Shown here piece by piece: positions 42,043 to 45,718 of a stretch of DNA of 45,718 nt. This DNA is from Prasinococcaceae sp. CCMP 1430. Taxonomy: Eukaryota; Plantae; Prasinodermophyta. The DNA lies in contig RQSC01001375.1 of the NCBI GenBank assembly GCA_013416795.1, positions 1-45,718 on the forward strand, in the 5' to 3' direction. Numbering within the stretch: position 1 is the stretch's first letter; each line of letters starts with the position of its first letter. The notes under the pieces were generated by a model that worked only from the letters and a program-made list of their open reading frames with translations, was not told the DNA's origin and ran no database searches. Position numbers and translations under genes: made by a program.

Positions 42043-44503
42043 ATGAGGGCGCAGAAGGTCTCGACGCACAGTGGCACTGGGCCGCCCGTGCCCGACCACG
42101 TGAAGCGGCCTCCCGCCGCCGGCGGTGTCGCGGGCGTCGCGTCCAACATGCCGGGGCTGAGCTCGTCGACGGAACGCCGCCGCAGCGTCGAGCTCGACCT
42201 CAACAAAAAGGTCTCGCGCGACAAACGCATGCTTGAGGTGCTCAATAGCCGCGTGGGGTTACCCAACGCGAAAGCGGAGGACGGCAAAGAATGGCTGGGT
42301 GGCCCAGGTGAGCAGCCGAGCGGCGGCGGCATGCGCGCGCGCGCGCTCCACTCGCGCGACCTCGCTCGTGCGCGTGCGTGCGCCGCCCGCCCCGCCCACG
42401 ACCATCTGCGAGAGCTTGCGGACTGACTCACTCGCGCGTGCGCGCACTCCTCCGCCTCTCTGTCTCTCTGTCTCTTTGTCTCCTCTCCCTTCCTCCCTCC
42501 CTCCATCCCTCCCTCTCTCTCCCTCTCTCTCTCTCGTGTGCGCGCGCTTGGCCCTGTACCCGCCTTCCATCCCCCCCCCCCCCAAAACACACACACACCA
42601 CCGGCTACGTCCTGCTACTATTGCGCACGATCTCACGTGCCCTTCAGGAGACGAGCTGAGCGCGTCGGCGCTGCGCATCAGCCTCGAGCGCCTGAGCCGG
42701 CGGCCCTCCCTGGAACGCAAGTCGTCCGAGCTGCGGTCGCCGCCTTCGCTCGGGGGCTCGGCGCGCACGAGCCGCCGGTCCTCCCTGGAACGCCATTCGC
42801 CGCCTTTGCTCGGGGGCTCAGCGCGCACGAGCCCTTCGGGCTCGGCGCGCACGAGCTTCGACTCGTCGGAGCGGCGGCCGGGTGCGCTGGCAGCCCTCGC
42901 GGCGGCCGGCGCCGCGCAGCGCCTGAGCCGTCGGTCCTCCCTGGAACGCCAGTCTTCCGAGCTGCGGTCGCCGCCTTCGCTCGGGGGCTCGGCGCGCACG
43001 AGCCCTTCGGGCTCGGCGCGCACGAGCTTCGACTCGTCGGAGCGGCGGCCGGGCGCGCTGAAAACCCTCGCGGCAGCGGGCGCCGCGGCGGCGGGCGTGG
43101 GCGACAGCGATACGGACAGGCTGAGCGCCAAGGCGCCCTCCATGAAGGGCCTGGCGAGTTGGCGGCAGAGCGTCGCGCGCGTGCGCCGCCTGTCGGTGGC
43201 GTCCATCCAGAAGGCGCCGTCGCCGAAAGCGGCGGCGGCGTCGGCGGCGGGGGCCGGCGGCGACGGCGCCGACATGGCGTCGTCGCCCGTGCGAAACCCC
43301 GGGGCGCACGGCTACGCCGCGCCGGGCGAGGGGCCGCCCACCGGGGCGAGGCGCTCCGTCGAGAGCATCAGCTACGACCGGAGCGACGAGACGCTGCACA
43401 GCACGCTGGAGGGCTCGGTGGCGGGCGGGCGCATCGGCCTGAGCTGCGCGGTGGTCAGCCGCCGCGGCCAGGAGGCACACTCGTGGAAGAAGAACAACCA
43501 GGACGCCTACCTCGTCGAGTGCGACGGCGCGGCCGCGCTCGTGGGCGCCTTCGACGGCCACGGGAGCAACGGGCACGCCGTGAGCGCCTTCGTGCGCGAC
43601 TACCTGCGCGGGCGCGTGGTGGAGCTCTGCGGCGGCGACGGCCTCGCGCACGAGTGGGAGCCCACCGTCACCTCGCTCTTCGCCCAGTGCGACCAGGAGC
43701 TCAAGCGCTCGACCATCCAGCAGCTCGACGTCAGCGGCACGACGGCCGTCATCGCCGCCCTGCACGACAACCTGCTGCACCTCGCGTGGGTGGGAGACTC
43801 GCGCGCCATGGTCGTGCGCAAGGGCGCGGAGGGCGGGCGCGCCGTCGCGTACGTCACCGAGGACCACAAGCCCGACTCGCTCGAGGAGAGGCAGCGCATC
43901 GTCTCCAACAACGGCAGGGTGGACCACCTGGTGGACGAGCAGGGCCGGAGGGTGGGCCCGCCGCGCGTCTTCCTCAGGTTCGCCTGGACGCCCGGCCTCT
44001 CCACCTCGCGCGCGTTCGGCGACATGCTGGCGCACGAGGTGGGCGTGGTCGCGCAGCCCGACTGCCACACCATCGCGCTGACGGGCGACGAGGAGTACGT
44101 GCTGCTGGCGTCGGACGGCGTGTGGGAGTTCATGGACGAGCAGGCCGTCATCGACGCCATCGCCGGGGAGGGCAGCCTGGAGGGCGCTGCCGACGCGGTG
44201 GTGGCGGAGGCTCGCAAGCGGTGGAACGAGGAGGAGGAGGTGGTGGACGACATCACCGCGGTGATCCTCAAGCTCGGCTTCTCCGACGACTTCAAGGAGT
44301 GGGCCGGGCGAGCCCCCGACGGCGGCGCGCGCGTCGCGGCCGGCGGGGCGGGGGTGGTCGGGGCCAGGCTGAGCGCGCTCAAGCTGGGGGAGAGGAGCGA
44401 CGCGCAGGGGAGCCCCACCGCGTCGCGCCCCGCGCAGCCGGGCTCGCCCATCTGGTCCGAGCTCAAGAGGAATCGGAGGAGCGCGCCGGCGGGGGGCGAG
44501 TGA
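42043..44503 (+). CDS. PP2C-family protein phosphatase with a long Ser/Arg-rich N-terminus, 706 aa; exons 42043-42307 and 42648-44503
   Basis: Motifs NQD, FDGHG, SGTTA, GDSR, DHKP, SRAFGD, LASDGVWE and DDIT. The intron has a GTGAGC donor and a TTCAG acceptor and contains a CT microsatellite. Confidence 0.9.
42691..43060 (+). repeat. Interleaved internal duplications in the PP2C N-terminal coding region (about 80-nt units, periods 171 and 231 nt)
   Basis: 42811-42889 nearly equals 42982-43060, and 42691-42772 nearly equals 42922-43003. Confidence 0.8.
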
Positions 44504-44751
44504 GCGCGAGCGGGCGCGAGCGAGCGTGGACGGGCGATGGGGGGCGGCGAGAGGCGGCGAGGGAGAGAGCGAGAGGCGCGAGGGGCGCGCCAGAGGCGCG
44601 CCAGAGGCGCGCGCGCGCGCGAGAGAGAGAGAACCTCGTGTGCTGAAAGTTGTCATCGTGCGCCTCGCCACGATCGCGCGCGCGCCGTGCCGTAGCAAGC
44701 AAGAATTTAGTGCGCGGCGCGGCGCGGCGCGGCGCGCGCGCGTCGGCTCAC

Positions 44752-45718
44752 TCACGCGCCGTGGGAGGCCCCGCCGCCGGCGCCGTCCCCAGCGTCGCTC
44801 TCCGAGGCGACGCTCGACGCGACCGCCGCGCTGCCGACGGTCGCCATCGCCATGTCAGCCGCGGTGGCGGGCTCGTCGGCTTGGAGCGCGCCGCGCCCGC
44901 CGGCGACCTCGGGGCCGGGCGCGCTGCCGCCGCGCGTGTCGAGGTCGAGGACCATCGAGGACGGGAACGGCTCGGCGGACGTGGTCCACACGAGCCACGC
45001 GCCCTCCGGAAGCAGCTTCACCTGCTCGGTGGTCTCGATGGCCTCGAAGAAGGACCTGCCCCCGATGGAGTGCCACTGGGCGACGCGCCTGACCTCGCGG
45101 AAGGAGAAGAGGGCGCTGCGCTGCGAGATGGCCGCGCGCAGCGCGTTGAGCTCGTTGGAGCGCAGCTCGACGCTGCGCAGCTCGCCCACGGGGCCGCCGG
45201 GGCTGTCGGCGACCTCCCAGCGCACGGTGCGCAGCGCCTTGCGCACGAGCAGCCCCTTGCGCGCCTCCTGCGCGGCGATGATGCCGCCGCCCGAGGAGGA
45301 CCACAGCGTCTGCAGCGCCACCAGCACGCCGCCCACGGTGAGCCCCGCGGTGGTGGTGATGGCGCCCTGCTCCACCTGCTTTATTCGGGCCTCGAGCTTC
45401 TTCACCACGCCGTCCTCCGCGCGCTTCTCGGCGGCGAGCGCCCGCTCGCGCGCGAGCTCCTCCTTGAGCTTGTCCTCCGTCGCCGACAGGTTGGACGCGC
45501 GGACGTCGGCGAGGCTCTTGAGCCGCTCCACCTCGGCGCGCAGCACGTCGGCCGCCCGCTGGCTCTCGGCCAGCTTCCCCTTGGTCTCGCGCTCGCGCGC
45601 CTCCACCTCTTTGACCTCCGCGCGCAGCTTGCTGCGCCCGAGCACCTGCTCCCACGCCGCGCGGTCCGGCTGGCCGGCCCGGCGCGCGGACACGTCCGGC
45701 CGCCGAGGCAGCGCCGCC
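44752..45718 (-). CDS. Hypothetical coiled-coil protein with a hydrophobic segment, 5'-partial
   Basis: The frame is open to the right edge with coding-type codon bias. The segment AGLTVGGVLVALQTLW is hydrophobic. A GTGAGT at the apparent stop may be a splice donor. Confidence 0.65.
   Translation of the reverse strand, partial: AALPRRPDVSARRAGQPDRAAWEQVLGRSKLRAEVKEVEARERETKGKLAESQRAADVLRAEVERLKSLADVRASNLSATEDKLKEELARERALAAEKRAEDGVVKKLEARIKQVEQGAITTTAGLTVGGVLVALQTLWSSSGGGIIAAQEARKGLLVRKALRTVRWEVADSPGGPVGELRSVELRSNELNALRAAISQRSALFSFREVRRVAQWHSIGGRSFFEAIETTEQVKLLPEGAWLVWTTSAEPFPSSMVLDLDTRGGSAPGPEVAGGRGALQADEPATAADMAMATVGSAAVASSVASESDAGDGAGGGASHGA

Noticed and set aside
869-42647. Excess of introns with length divisible by three (75, 123, 132, 135, 123)
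   Set aside because: Five of eight is not convincing, and several contain in-frame stops.

Overview
This is a compact, very GC- and CpG-rich (about 70% GC by eye) eukaryotic nuclear window with short GT-AG introns and about 19 protein-coding loci, mostly on alternating strands. The gene content (green-type LHC motif, CBL and NAF-domain CIPK, outer-arm dynein gamma, CEP162) points to a green alga, probably prasinophyte-grade; the species cannot be fixed from sequence alone. Gene order: ARF1 (partial, -), axonemal dynein heavy chain fragment (-), single-N gap at 3751, CEP162-like (+), ZC3H3-like (-), SLC35B4/YEA4-like transporter (+), TOG/CLASP_N protein (-), kinesin-7/CENP-E (+), DUF89 phosphatase (-), AT74/DET1-like histidine phosphatase (+), NMNAT (-), 1648-aa orphan (-), isolated LHC exon (+), SWIM protein (+), CBL (-), CIPK (+), secreted LNR/PSI-like/collagen protein (-), PRP4 kinase (+), PP2C (+), unknown coiled-coil gene running off the right edge (-). 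The most notable observations are (1) a cognate CBL-CIPK calcium-signalling pair encoded head-to-head; (2) a secreted Cys-rich protein with 16 perfect Gly-X-Pro triplets abutting a CxxxCxxxC block, a minicollagen-like layout in an alga; (3) a dynein exon joined through an apparently normal 75-nt intron to an internal ARF1 exon, with neither gene complete (a misassembly or real rearrangement); (4) an orphan single-helix LHC exon bracketed by 20-nt direct repeats. I found no rRNA, tRNA, CRISPR array or transposase. All family assignments come from motif recognition by eye, not database searches.
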